Positions 33,800 through 47,349 are shown, counted from the whole stretch's first letter. The stretch is DNA of 50,045 nt, filler included, from Catajapyx aquilonaris (GCA_000934665.2; 2 parts of 2 records of this genome joined end to end with filler, not necessarily neighbours in it), one strand, 5' to 3'. Numbers and translations are program-made. The notes: generated by a model from the letters alone, not told the origin.

Positions 33800-34560
33800 A
33801 AGGTTGTTGACTGCTCCTGCTGGGTACTGAATTTGTGGTGCATAATTCTCCAGGAGCAAGATCCACCTGACGACCTTTCCAGTTGGGTTTTTCATAGACC
33901 GAAACCTCCTTTGCTGGTTGTGGTCTGTTATCTCATCGCATGAATGGTTTCAGTGCTTACATAACTACAACGGCTTCTCTCGTCACGGAATAGCAGTGTG
34001 AGAAGCGTCCTCGTGTAAACTGGATGAGATGGAATGTGTGTCCCAGATCGTGGTATTTGTGGATTATTGTGTAGCTCTTGATAAAACCTCCGGAAGGTGG
34101 AGTGTAGGGAAATCAATTTTTTTGGTTGGTTATATTCGCTCTTGTCGCATGTAATATTTGAACATATCATAAGCTATTTATTGGGGGAAATCACCATTAG
34201 CTTTCTTTATACCCTTAGTTTGAATGACGATACCTTACTACGGCTGGCTAGTATCCAACCCCAATAAAGGGCATTTCCTCAGAAGGTAATGGCGCAAGGG
34301 TGGTTTTGTTGTGAGCTTATTGTCATTGGGAATCGCACAATGGCTTTTCTTTCGCTTTTTCACTATAATGTTGGTTCCTCGCCGCTATCCAAGGTTGATG
34401 ATGAGTTACCAGACAGACAGCGTCTAAAAGCAAATGTGAGCCACACGATGTTAAGTAATAAGTTTTCTTCCCGCTGTTTGCAATGTTGTTCACAATCAAC
34501 GTATGGTCTCTTAACTCTTTCCATGCCTCAATCTTTCGTCCTCGGGGGACCTTTTGGTAA
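33800..34560 (-). mobile_element. Highly degenerate Ty3/gypsy pol (RT/RNase H) fragments
   Basis: KNPTGKVVRWILLLENYAPQIQYPAG (RNase H end), KKLISLHSTFRRFY (FLGL..YYRRFI-like), LSGNSSSTLD (L.G...FSTLD-like). Confidence 0.65.
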
Positions 34561-37351
34561 GGGATACCATCTGAACTTTGTCAGCATGCCCAATATTTTC
34601 ACTTGACCGGCCTGACGAGAGTTCACATATTCAAATACATAATATAGTTTAATTCGTTTATCAGTATTTTTCTGATCTTCCTGTGTTGGGCCAACCATTC
34701 AGGATCAATTTACTCCGTAATGACATTAAATGCTCACATGTTACAAATGACATTCATGTTACAAGTTGGGCCAGCGTCAAAAAATGTAATTGCCAATACT
34801 TAAGACAGATAATAATCACACCCACAAATTTCCTCGGCCGTTTTGTGCATCCATCTTCTATCTTTAATGCATATTCAGCATATCAAATCACGACCCTCTG
34901 ATTAAGGCGGAGATGACATATTTTAAGGTCAAGTGTCCATGTCGACAGTGCATTTTCTTGGTTCATTGTGGGTGAATATCAGGTGGGAGGTAGGTGTTTA
35001 GAGACGTATGATTTGATGTAAAATGTTATGACATGTCCAAATCTCTGGGCTTGTTGCAGACTCATTCAGTCATGTTCAGGTCTCATAATCCATCTGATTA
35101 TTTGAAGAGCTAATTTCTTCGTTATATTTTTTTTTACACACTTGTGAAACTTTGTTGAGCCATGAGGTTCAGGAATTAATCTGTTGCACTTCCTTTGCTC
35201 TTGTGACTGCTCGTTACAATCGTCCATCATAATCTGTACTAGTGTTTCCTTTTGATGCATCAGACAACTGAACTTCCCCTTGTGATTAGCACCTTACCAG
35301 GTCTCATAGTTTATACCATTAAACATAGTCATTGGGCACCATATGTAACCTTCCTAAGTGTTGAATGATTCAATGATTCATTGAATGATACATTTCACCA
35401 CACTGTCTGATATTTACGTCTTATCATAAGACCACATAATATTGAGTCAAGGTCTCCTTCGTCATTAGTATTTTATACCATATACACATTTGCGAAACAT
35501 TTTCTGCAGACTGATTAAAAGCTGATTACTTGTCACCCGGATATAAGGCGGACTCTGATATTTTTTTGACTCACTGGTTTTTGGTGCTTTCTTCCGATTT
35601 CGCCGTAGGATGTAAGCTATCTCATCTTGTTCAGGTGGTACACCTTTATGCGGTCTCTCTGAATTCTTTCGCACATGTTTTGGAACTGCAGCCTTGATAC
35701 GTACTGTAGATTAAAGAGAAATAACCATGGACTGACATGATCATTTCATTTTCCAGTTTGATCGTATACCACTGGCATGGCACTCCTATACGTCTCTCTC
35801 TCTATCTGTCATGAACTAGTATGTTTTCCTCTTGCACTACGGATATCTCTCCGGAGGGCTGCCTGGATTTACAGCCACTAATAAATTAAAAGGGGAAAAA
35901 AATGCTGTGAATGTGTCACTTATTTTGCATTTATTCAACAGGGCTTTAATGATAAGCGGTGCCATGCAGTAAGTAAATGCAGAAGTGTCAATAATAATTA
36001 ACCTGCTTACGCCGGCGACCCTTATTCGTTTCTGTCATGTCGCATCCGGAATGACCTATTTACTCGAGGTAAAAGCCTCTAGTTTTAGAATATTATTAAA
36101 ACGTTTGATTGTAGTATTCAGGTTACCTAGTTCAGGAGGCACTATTCCTTACTGAACACAGCGGTGGTAAGTGCCGTTATGATACGTATCTGGATTTCTA
36201 TGCTGCTGCTTCTTTTACCTCCCAACCTACCTAGATCGTGGGTAGAATTTTCTCCGAAACATCAAATATGTTCATTGACCACTTTGAGGAAACCTGCCGC
36301 TGCCGTCGGGAGAGTTGGTAATTCATCCAGACCATCGTACACACAACATGTACGTGGGATTCTTTACTGTATTACTGCGTTGAATCGTCAAATTGTGGAT
36401 ATGTGATTAGTTCCTCTGACAGTTAAAGCAACAATTAAGCAACGTGAAGTGAAATTGCTACATACCCGTTATAATTAAACGATGAAATGGCTATTAAATG
36501 CTGCGGAAGAGAAATACAAATTTTTGTACATTTAGTATAGGGCTACTATTGCAAAGATTACTTCACAAGGGAAGTTATTACTCAACTGGGCTAGATTACC
36601 CCATCATATGTAACAAAAGTGATCTTTAATTAGCATCTGTAAAAATCTAGCTGATCTTAATATCCACTACCTCCGACTGTCTAATCATCATCAAGAGAGG
36701 ATGTTAATAGGTGAAAAGGCCATTAAATGTATGATTCTACACCAACATTGAAGGTGAGTTGAGTGTTAGCTACTACTTGTAGTGTAGGGCCACCCCAGCC
36801 GGACAGGTCTTTGGGATAGGAGACAGACTAAGAGAGATGCCAGTCTTTCCTCTCTTCATCTGTCCCACCTTTGCTTCTTCTTACAGCCAGATAGCCATAG
36901 TTGCTTTGGCTTCTTCCAAATAAACCAAACCAAACTACTTGTAGTTTCTGTTCTAGTTGAATGCTACCGGTACTGTATATTATATGTGATAACAGTCAAA
37001 CTCCAAAGCTTATCAGTATACATAATTATGAATCAAGGCCATTTGGGCATTTCACTCATTCGCTGCACTAATCTGTCGCCAATCTTGGAGGGCAGGAGAC
37101 GAACAGCTGTTTTGAAAAGACCAAACATCCACCGACTTCTTCCAGCTTGGTAATGAGCATTGGGCACCTTGTCCAGTAGCGCTTTCTCAAACTCCGAATA
37201 CAACCTGCAAGATTACACGTTGCATATAAACACCATTTACATTGTTGACAGTCATTGTTGTCCACATTTCACCATGATAATGTTTGCACGAGCGCAACTG
37301 AGTGCGCACCCACACGCGCTCAGCTCCATTGTTCCGACAACAACGTTGCCA

Positions 37352-37847
37352 GGGCCCATTTCCACGATGACGGCAGGGAGCATATACTACATAAGAGTCG
37401 CAAACATTCGATTTCCGCGTCTCTTTGTTTGGGGCCGTTGCCAAGGCTGGCGGCCATTTTGAAGTGTGGGTAACGCCAACGAGGTGTAAATAGGGTACAG
37501 GCAAAAATGGGGTCCGCCATCTTTGATTCGCGCGTGTTCTTGTCGTGTAGTTGCCATGGCCGCCCAAACCAAAGATGGCGGACCCTATTTTTTGCCTGAA
37601 CCCTGTTTATACCTCGTTGGCGTTGCCCACACTTCAAAATGGCCGCCAGCCTTGGCAACGGCCCCAAACAGAGATACGCGGACATCGCACCTCTTATGTA
37701 TGCTCCCTGATGACGGTCCTAACGTAAGTAGGAACGGTCAGCCAATCAGAATGCTCCACTCTGCTATTAACGTAACAGCGTAGTAGTGCATTCTGATTGG
37801 CTGGCAGTTCCAACTTCCGTTAGGACCGTCATCGTGTAAATCGGCCT
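37352..37847. mobile_element. Harbinger-like MITE carrying a nested insertion
   Basis: gggcccatttccacgatgacgg ... ccgtcatcgtgtaaatcggcct termini; internal hairpin at 37710-37833. Confidence 0.65.
37374..37709. mobile_element. Foldback MITE with CA...TG ends and 7-bp TSD (P-element-like)
   Basis: cagggagcata...tatgctccctg; arms of about 140 bp; TSD atgacgg (37367-37373, 37710-37716). Confidence 0.8.
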
Positions 37848-38223
37848 TTACTCCACAGGAGACAGGTAATTAAAATTACTTGAAATTAAAAATGATTAAA
37901 ATGAAACACGATTAAAATTAATTAAAATTAATTAGCCAAATTATGAGAACAAATCACACCCGTTGCATCTGAGGTTTGTTCCATAGCATTGAAAACGTCG
38001 CAAACGTCGGCCATTTTGTTCCCCTCCAATCGTAGCGTTGGAATTAAGTGCAGAGCATATCCACTATTCAGAGGGCTTATCACCTATCATTAATAATGCC
38101 AACCGTACATGCTGCGTGAACTGTGGTGCGCACTCGATTGCGTTAGTAAAAAATACTTATATTTAGACGTCCCATGTCTTTCACAGAGTTTTGACCCTGG
38201 TTTCTAATGATGGCCAACTTTAC

Positions 38224-38870
38224 CTTGGTACTTTAAGCTCCCTGGGATGTTGCTTCTCCGGAAATGCCGTCATCACGTGCTGGTGCACCTTCCAGAAGAA
38301 CTTGCCATAAAAGTCCTTCTCCCATTGCGACATCTCGCTGGCCATTTCTCTCGAGTTCTTCCCCTGGTTCTGAAACATGTTGGTGTCCCCTGGCAGGTCA
38401 CCAGGCTCCAACGTGGATACCAGCACGCCGTACTTGTCCATTTCCCTCCTGAGTGACTCTGCCCACGCATATATCCCAGACTTCGAGGCCGAGTATGGTC
38501 CCAAGTTTGGCAAAGAAATATGAGCGCAATTGGACACCAGCACCAGAATCCGACCTTTGGCTTTGATCAATGCTGGGGTCATTTCTCGGGTCAGGACAAT
38601 GGGGCCCAGCACGTTGACCTCCAACTGACTTCGTACCTGTTGTTCCGTTTGCCAGCTGCTTTCGCCGAAAACCAGGACCGCTGCATTGTGGACCAGCCCG
38701 CCCAGGTCCATCTGGTGCTCTTCCAGAAGTTGCTCTACCTGCCCACGGGCCGTCCTGATGCTGTCCTTTAAGGTCAGGTCAAGTCCGACCACGTGCAGGT
38801 CTGGGTGATTGGACAAGTTTGTGGCGCCCGGACCATTTGGGTTCAAGCACGCTGCTATCACTGGCATACC
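38224..38870 (-). CDS. Internal exon of a short-chain dehydrogenase/reductase (D-beta-hydroxybutyrate dehydrogenase/retinol dehydrogenase-like)
   Basis: Open 647-nt exon with acceptor atgcag|GGT and donor AG|gtaaag. SDR motifs: LDLT, GLVHNAA, EVNVLG, GRI...S, catalytic YSASK, LRREM.KYGV.V..LEPG. The N-terminal GxxxGxG exon was not found in the window. Confidence 0.88.
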
Positions 38871-39032
38871 CTGCATGAATCATACAGATATTAATAGAAA
38901 TTGATTTGAATATAGATAATGTTTTCTCATTTATACAGGACGGTTCAGGTCCATTGATAAACTGTTATTTTTTTTTCAGATTCGGATTCAGCTCATCCTA
39001 AATAGGTGTCATGATCAACTGGCCTCTCCCAG

Positions 39033-39294
39033 CGGCCATTTTGTTCCCCTCCAATCGTAGCGTTGGAATTAAGTGCAGAGCATATCCACTATTCAGAGGG
39101 CTTATCACCTATCATTAATAATGCCAACCGTACATGCTGCGTGAACTGTGGTGCGCACTCGATTGCGTTAGTAAAAAATACTTATATTTAGACGTCCCAT
39201 GTCTTTCACAGAGTTTTGACCCTGGTTTCTAATGATGGCCAACTTTACCTTGGTACTTTAAGCTCCCTGGGATGTTGCTTCTCCGGAAATGCCG
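39033..39294 (+). repeat. 262-bp direct duplicate of 38008-38269
   Basis: Apparently identical; includes the last 46 nt of the SDR exon, its donor site and 216 nt of intron. Confidence 0.92.
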
Positions 39295-39297
39295 CCT

Positions 39298-40665
39298 TAT
39301 TGCGAAATCCTAAATTTGAGGCTGCTGGAGTCAAATCTCACGGAGATATAACAATGGAAAGTTCAACAATGACGTCCATATATAGTATTTTTACCTATTC
39401 ACACTGTTCACCCAACACCAACATGTTATATATCGAATGGAAGGTAATGGAGAGAGGAATAACATGGTTACAAAATATTTCACGTAACTCGTAAAACGAC
39501 ATTGAAAATAATTCGCACATGTGATATACGGTATGTGTAAATCACTCTATATTCCCGATAGCAGTAACTCATAACATTATGATTTTAACAAAGTGATATT
39601 TAGGATACAGGGCAATCACATTTGCCTAATATCACATGCAAAACTTCATTGTGATTGATCACGCAGGGTTGGAAATAAAAAATCCATAAAAAATTAATTA
39701 CTCCATTTTGCCGATTTTCGAGCTCAAATTTCTCCAGGTAGGACTGCACCGATTTTCCTTTAGGTAGGTATGTCAATCGCTTCCTTGTATCATACCCTAT
39801 TCAGAAATGCATAAGCCATTCTTTCCACGTGAGCGATAATTGATCGACGAATTTTCAAACGCATGAATCACAATGGATCATGCATTGGATCATGCACTGA
39901 AGCAAAATAGTCATTCCATGGTAAGTCGATTGTAATTTCTCACACTTTTGAAACACGCTCATATATGTTAGTAATGATTACAATATGTATGAATTTTTGA
40001 AGGGTAATATGTACATTTGTCACAGCATAATTATGACATCCTCTGTTTATACGATGCCAACGATGGCAATGATTCCATGCACCACTTTATGCACCCATGC
40101 GTTTGAAAATTCTCCTATCAATTATCGCTTACGAGTAAAGAATGGCTTATGAATTTATGAATAGGGTATGATGCAAGGAAGCGATTGACATACCAAAAGT
40201 CAAAGTCGATCCAGCCTGTCCTACCTCGAGAAATTTGAACTCGAAAATCGGCAAAATGAGGTAATGCATAATTTATGAATTTTTTATTTCCAACCCTGGG
40301 TGATCTATCACAATGAAGTTTTGCATGTGAATTTAGACAAAGGTGATAGCCCTATATCATAAATATCACTTTGTTAAAATCATAATGTTATGAGTTAAGG
40401 CTGTCGGGAATTTAGAGTGATTTACACACAGTAGCCTATCATACAATTATGTGCGGGTTTTTTTTCAATGTCATTTTTCGATTTAAGTCAAATATTTTAT
40501 AACCGCATTATTCCTCTCTGCGTTACCTTCCATTTGATATATAACATGTTGGTGTTGGGAGATCAGTCTGAACAATTCAAAATACTTTATATGGACGTCA
40601 TTGTTGAACTTTCCATTGTTATATCTCCGTGAGATTTGACTCCATCGACCTCGGATTTCGCAATA
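39298..40665. mobile_element. Large foldback element with about 570-bp diverged inverted arms
   Basis: 39298-39865 is a diverged reverse complement of about 40075-40665. Confidence 0.85.
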
Positions 40666-40831
40666 GATTACGGATCCCAACCTACCTGATTTTTTACATT
40701 AAATCAGAAGGGGTCGAGCCACCACCATTTACAGGCGGCTGGATTTATCCGAGTGAACCAGTGCAAGTGTCGATTTTTATCTCATATACTCATTTGCCAT
40801 GGCGACTCATGTTGCTAGCAGTACCACAGGA

Positions 40832-41056
40832 TTATTGTCCATCAACGTACAGTGAAACCTTGGTAATCTGAATTTTCCATATGGAGCCCGGTGTGTCATA
40901 ATCATCTATCTCCCTTCCTTTGAAAATGAACTTGAAGCCCGGTACAGGCACATTCACTCTTAGGCTATAATGTAGCTTTAAAACCCACAATTCCGTAGTC
41001 GTCTTGATACGGAAAGGCATTTCGTCTTGGTCCTCGTCCACAACCCAAATCTTCAT
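40832..41056 (-). pseudogene. Divergent SUMO-like domain lacking the C-terminal GG
   Basis: MKIWVVDEDQDEMPFRIKTTTELWVLKLHYSLRVNVPVPGFKFIFKGREIDDYDTP aligns by eye to the SUMO core (I.LKV..QD..EIHFRVK.TT...KLK..Y..R.GV.....RFLFDG.RI.D..TP); ends VDGQ*. Confidence 0.8.
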
Positions 41057-41639
41057 TGTTGGTGTGCGATTGTGTTGATGTGATGGCGTGTTGACTGGTG
41101 GTTCATGGACTGGTTGACTGGTTGTATGGATGTTTTGACTGGATGCTTGATTGCCAGTGTTTTTAAACTTGATGGTTGCAGTTTTTTGTGTGTGTATTTG
41201 TTCTTAGTGTAAGGGCCCCAACGCAACGGCTGGGTAAGCCCATTAAAAAATTCTTAATAATGAAACCTTGGTATAACTCTCCCCCATTTAATGCTTTACT
41301 TCATACCGCACGGTTTCCCTGGTCCCCAGAGACACTTATCCTGAATAATTATAACGTTAAAATGTGCAGTAATTTATGACTTCACTACAGGGTGGCTCAA
41401 ATTTTGCATCACACAGTCTTCTCCTTTTGCAGACCTTCTTGCACAACAATACTGCTGAAACATAGAATTGCATCATACACTGCTGTCCACAACTGCCCTT
41501 GTTTTACAAATTAATGTGGTTTGATTATAATATGTGGTTATTATTAATTTGTTATGGTTATTATTGAGATGTCAATTAGGAACTGCAGCAATGACAAGAT
41601 TCCTCTTCCACTTATTAAGACCATTTTTCTTTTCTTTTC

Positions 41640-44520
41640 TATTGTTACACGTACAGTTGCCAGTCGCTTACAGGAGTCGCGTTATTCGTGTAATATCTCG
41701 CTACATATGCCGTCACACACTGGATATATTTTTCATCTGCCCAAATCTGGAGAGGTTTATGGTGGACATATTCTACATGTGTGCTGTTCTGCCCATAGAC
41801 AAGCGCATTGTGAGGAAATTGCCAAAACTCACTGATGTTGGCGTTAATTATTTTTCCACCAACTGAAGATGTAATGATCCTGAAGATTGTGATGGACACA
41901 GTAGGAGGCCAGCTGGACAGACTACGAATAGATTTCACAAGTTATTTGGAGCAGGACTCCTTCTTAGCCCTTGGACAGTGCCCCTAGCTGGAGGTAGGAT
42001 TGGTTGCGCCATTTCGATCATGTGTTTCCAAATCCTGAGTTTGAGTGCAAACCCTGGTGTTATAGGAAAGTGTTGCCTCAACCTTCTGTTTTGATAGATG
42101 TATGATAGAAGTACGGTATTAGTCATCTGGTGTCATTCATCTGGTGTAATTCGTGGTACTCCTTTGTGGCATGTGGAGTGCTGACAGTCCCATTTTCTCC
42201 GTTGGTTATTATCGTCGCTCTTGTCGCATGTACGACGCAATTGACAGTTATTGACTTTGTTCAGTGTCAAATGTAGCATATTGGATACTGGATTGATAAC
42301 GTACCGGAAAATGCAAGCCTTGCTCGACGACTCGCCTCTGCCAAGGGTCTCTTTACGGTAGAAATGCAAAATGGAAAGAGCATGAGTGAGTCCCATGGTG
42401 CAACGGGATTTCAGTGGCCATGGGCCTGGAGGGTTCCTGAACATTTCTGACCGTCTCCACTTCTCCCTTGATGTGGTTGAGCTAAAATATTCGAGATAAA
42501 AAGAAAATAAATAAGAAAGTGGGAATAGCATTTTCTTCCCCTGATTGTTGCCTTCCATATCATGCTGAATCTTCTAATTAGCGTACAATCAGAGCGAGAA
42601 ATGTAGATCATTCGGCGGCCGCATTGGTATTAACATCGTCAATCATTGGGAACGCTGTTAAATCTTTGCTAAGTTTTATTTCTTTATTTATTTTGGCTAC
42701 CCCGTATCAGGGCCAGAGGCCCTCTTAGGGGGACAATCTTTGCTTAGTGTTGAATCCTTTCTTCATTTTACGACACGGGCTGATATTACGTCATAATTAT
42801 CATAAGACCACATATTACATTTGCTGCAGAGTGTGATTAAATGCTGATCAGTGTCACCCGGATATTATGTGACTTTTTCTCTTCTTTCAATATTATTTTC
42901 CCTCGATGTGACACAATGTTACAGTATGTGGTGTCACCTCACAAGTCAGTCATTAAATATTAGGTATTCCTTCATATTTGTGCTTCCAATGGGATATTTA
43001 TACGGGATAAATAATTTGTGAGTGTAGAAATAATTGTAGTTTGAAGAGAGCCTCTGTTGTTATTCTGGCCTCCAGCTGTTATATATTCTCTGGGAATTGA
43101 TAAATGGTTCTGACGACGATGCAGTTAATTCTTCGTATATTTCGGTCCGGTTGTGCGACTTTATGCCGTCGCTCTGGGGCATTTTACGCGGGCTCCTTCA
43201 CATAGTGCACGTTAGTCACGTTTCAACATATTGAAAATGAATGTATGAGCACGAATACTGGAAGCGTTTCTTCTGATAGCACCGTACCTGGTGACATTAT
43301 CCTTCCATACCTCATCATAAAAGTCTAAAAATCGTTTTCGCCCTTCGTTTCTACCAACTACCTTGTCACATTGCAAATATCACCCAGTTGTCAAGAAGAC
43401 TATTTTGCCGTCACAGTCAGTGTGAGGGCAACGAGTTGTTTGGTTACATAATTGATGGATTGAGTCAAGGTTTCCCTCTTCATTATTTTATAGGATTTAC
43501 ACATTTGTAAAACATGCTGGGGAGTTATTAAGAGATACGTACTTGTCTCCAGGACTTGAATCTGAAATTTTCCTGTCTCCTCTTAATGGTGGGGGATGGG
43601 GGAATTCAGCCCGTTACAATGTATGGCGGCATTTCCGGTGATGGGTGTTTGTGTAGGCAAGTGTGGGTGCTGAGTGGATTTTTCCAAGCCAGTATAAGTA
43701 CTACCAGGTGGCCCAGAAAGGGTGGAGAGAGTTGAATTTGTCTGCGATGTCTTGCTGAAATCTTTCCCCGTGTTAGTCTGACAAGTCACCGCAATTTTCT
43801 GGGAAATATTCCAGATGCGAATGCATAATATTGTGAGGGCCTCCGGATACACTGAGCCAAGGAGCCTAAAATCATGCTAAGGTTACCATTGGAACAGACC
43901 CAATCACATTTGTTTGAGTTCTACCTCCACAAGAGAGTTCACCCCACTTGCCAGCAAATGCTGCAAAATGTCACTGGCAGCACCGCCATCACAGGCTTTT
44001 GTTTTGTTGTTGTTGTTCAAAGTGAGATTGTCACTTTCACTTCACTTCACTCACACACCTGCCCAAGATTTGTCCATTGTTACACTATTCCCAAAATGTT
44101 TCCTTACCTCTAACAACATGTGCTCACTTATTACTTAACTTATATTTAACATTTTCTTAATAACCACATCACTAAGACTAGAGACTTGAGACGAGAGACT
44201 TGGAGTGAACCTGCTTTTCAAAAACATTAAAAATGCAAAAGCTGAGACTGGCGGTTCTTGGAATTGTTAGCTACGTGTATGGCATTTCACACACAGAATC
44301 TTAATTGTCGTAGCCAGTCAGGGTCAATACGGGTGATGGGGTTGTTGTTGATGCACTGACATAGGCCTATTACCAAATAGGCCGAGTTGGCGGCAAATGT
44401 CATGGCGGCGGAAAATTTAAGTCCCTTCACGGTAGAAATGGACACGGCTCCAGTGAGTCCCATGGTGCGACGGATTGTTCAATGAAATGAACACTTGTGC
44501 GATGTTTGCCCGGATTCAAT
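41640..44520 (-). pseudogene. Second block of degenerate BIR/RING-like remnants
   Basis: PGSTYTGLEKSTQHPHL (about 43660-43710); GRSGDGQKC and PWDSLMLFPFC (42360-42470); PWDSLEPCPF (about 44435-44465); LVYGQNSTHVEYVHHKPLQIW (about 41740-41805); shares DNA repeats with 35417-35545. Confidence 0.5.
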
Positions 44521-45639
44521 GCCTTACCTAGCAGGAAATATTGTGATTCCACTTTTCGTCTAAAGCTGTGATGCTTTGACAGCCTGGATGGACACGAAGC
44601 AAGGCTGCCTTTGGGTTGAGTGGGACCACACGAATCAGTGAATCATGTTTAGTTCTGAGACATGTTGACGCTATATCCTAAGTCGTCCTAAGTGGTGCTG
44701 TGTCCTCTTGGTGTGTTGCACATCGGCGTCCTAGGGTGTACTAGCTAGGTTTGTCCAGATTCTCGTGTCCTGAGGGGTTGCTGGAGCAGGAGGTTCTGGT
44801 GGTGGGAGCCCCACACAGCCTCTCTCTATAGCTTGGTCTGGATTGACACAATGAATAATCATTAGTTAATCCATTGTTGAATGAGACACCCCTGGCACAA
44901 ACCTTGTGCTGATTAGGGGAGACGCATGGTATACGTTACGTTATTGTTACCAACACATGAACCTGGCGCTGAATTTATAACAAAAGAGTATTATAAAAGC
45001 ATTTAGCCTCATATTTTTCAAGCAAGACAAAATAACAAAATCATGTGGCGCCAGTCCTATTCGTTGTGAGGAACCCCCTGACCCGGGATGTCCCTAGACC
45101 CAGCAAGCTCAGGTGTTGTTAATCAAACCAGTCAGGTAAGGTAAAAGACAAGTGTATTGTTCCAAAGCTCCGACCAGGAAGAGTGCGGGCACGAAGCCCC
45201 CCCCCCCCNCCTCCTCCTTAAATACAGACATCACGCCACTGGGCGGTACCACAGACGAGGTCGCGGTGGATGAATGCCGAAACCACACACGTGGTCCCGA
45301 CATATTACAACGACCAAATAGTTACATTATTTTGGTTTTAAAAAGTAGACGTACACTATATGACTGTACCGTTGACCGTGATCTTGCAGGTGGAGAGCCC
45401 TAGCCAGAGCGGAGTTATTCATTTACATGCAGGTCCTTCGAGGCCTTTATTTCATCTACCAATAATATTGTGTTTATTGTGACAATTTTTGTCTAGTTTT
45501 ACGCGTACGTACATGAACTTTTTGCCACCCCTAAATCACTTCGATAATAAGGTTCTCCTCACACCAGGACGCGATTAATATGCTAGGTTTTAGATCTTTA
45601 GTTCAGAATGAAATGCTTGCTGACATAAAATTTGAAGTA

Positions 45640-45780
45640 CCAATTCCCAGTACTCTAAAAACATTTGTTTCAATATCTGTTTGACTCGACTGAAAACTCG
45701 ATCACTCGGCAAAAAGGAATGTCCTGTTACTAAAGATATTAACTGAAATGATTTCAATGCGTTGGGAGGGTTCAACATTG
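45640..45780 (-). mobile_element. DNA transposase fragment (Sola-like)
   Basis: LVTGHSFLPSDRVFSRVKQ resembles the GHS.LP.DR.F..IE motif. Confidence 0.55.
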
Positions 45781-46633
45781 CTTTCCATCAGATGAGCAAG
45801 AAATTTCGTGATGTGAAGTTAAATAGTGGAGATGACCAGTTTTCCATCTACATATAACCACCACACCCCTCATATCATCTCAGTGAAGGCGGCGGCGAGC
45901 AGGTAGAATTGGAGGCTCATCTCAGTGGACTATGGAGACACGGAGCTCACTTTGACCCGGAGCACCACACTTTGACACCACAATTGCACGTTGGCTACTG
46001 GACACAATTGGACCCATATCATCTCAGTGCTAATCATTGTTGTTTTCCAGCTTGGTCGGATTGATTAATCAATGTCTGATGCATATGCTTCCACATTCAG
46101 TGTTAAGAGCCACGGAAAAATGCAAAGATGAGACCGCTTGAGATTGCAGCTTCAAAGCCACCCAGCATCTCCAGCACGTTATTTTATTTATTAAAAATTT
46201 ATTATAGGTAAGAATCAGTTTAGAGTTTCATGCTGTTACTGGTGTTCTCCTGAGGCGCACACCAAAAATGACGATGGAAAGTGTCATGAACATTGTTAGT
46301 GGACCACCATGCCATGCATGTTGTTCATGACCTATGTGTTGTTAACAACTGTTCCAACACGTGGTGCATTCGTGTATACATTTCAATTATAGGACTACAT
46401 AACCAGTAACAATGGTATGTTAAACGTGCTTCCCACAGTCATGTTCAGATCTTAAACTATAAAATTGATCTCACACACATTTTCATGCAATATTCTCGTA
46501 TCTGGTACAAAAATGTACATAATGCTACGCATGCCCTATGATGCCCTAACATCCTTCCACACTTGCTTTTGATGTAGATAAATCTGGCATTACATAATAA
46601 TTTTCGTCATACCTTGTCATATACCTATTATGA

Positions 46634-46918
46634 TTGGGGTCTTTGGAAACTGATTTGGGTGAGGGATATGTTGAGGCTGTCATGAAGAAGCTTCATCTAT
46701 CGGCTTCCACACAAGGCAGTGCCAGGTTCACAGCCACACTTGCAGAGAAGAGTAGGAAGGCTGAAGCAGAAAGTCCCCATCACAAGTTAAGACGCAACAT
46801 ACTGAAGAAGGCTAAGGCGGCACTTCGAAAGAAGAGGGACCGAGCACTACACGTTGCTAAAACTTTAGCCCCACTGGGCAGGAACAATATCACAGAGTAT
46901 GACAAGGAAACTGGCTAA
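46634..46918 (+). mobile_element. Possible Mutator-like transposase C-terminal fragment
   Basis: G.GYV..VM.KL.LS....followed by a basic helix K.RR..LKK; weak resemblance only. Confidence 0.3.
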
Positions 46919-47349
46919 AGCAAACATTTCTTTCAATGAACTTGATGTGTATCACACTGGTGGGGAGATAGGAATAAGAAATTTGCTTACTGGTGAAGTT
47001 AATGGTGTTGTATAAAGGTCATGAAAGCACCATATGTGTTGCAAAAGATAATTGACAGTCTTCAATGACAACACTGTTAATCATGAAATGTGACAGGTGA
47101 CAAGTGGAATGAATGATTTGTGTGTGTTACATGTCATATTTCTTACTTTCTTCCTCCATAAATTTTTCAGGCCATTCGTTCATAGATGTGAGAGTAATAG
47201 GCCTACCATCGAAATAGTAGGACGTTGTTGTAGCCTTTCAGGAAATCTGCTGCCACGAAAGCATTGACAACATGACTCAGCAGTTCAATCCACCTCTATA
47301 GTACATAGCGTAATTATGTGATTAATTAATTAATTAATTAATTAATTAA

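Noticed and set aside
26700..44520. Firm call as Polinton, nudivirus or nimavirus insertion
   Set aside because: No DNA polymerase B, capsid, packaging ATPase or pif motifs were recognised and no termini were seen, so the origin stays a hypothesis.
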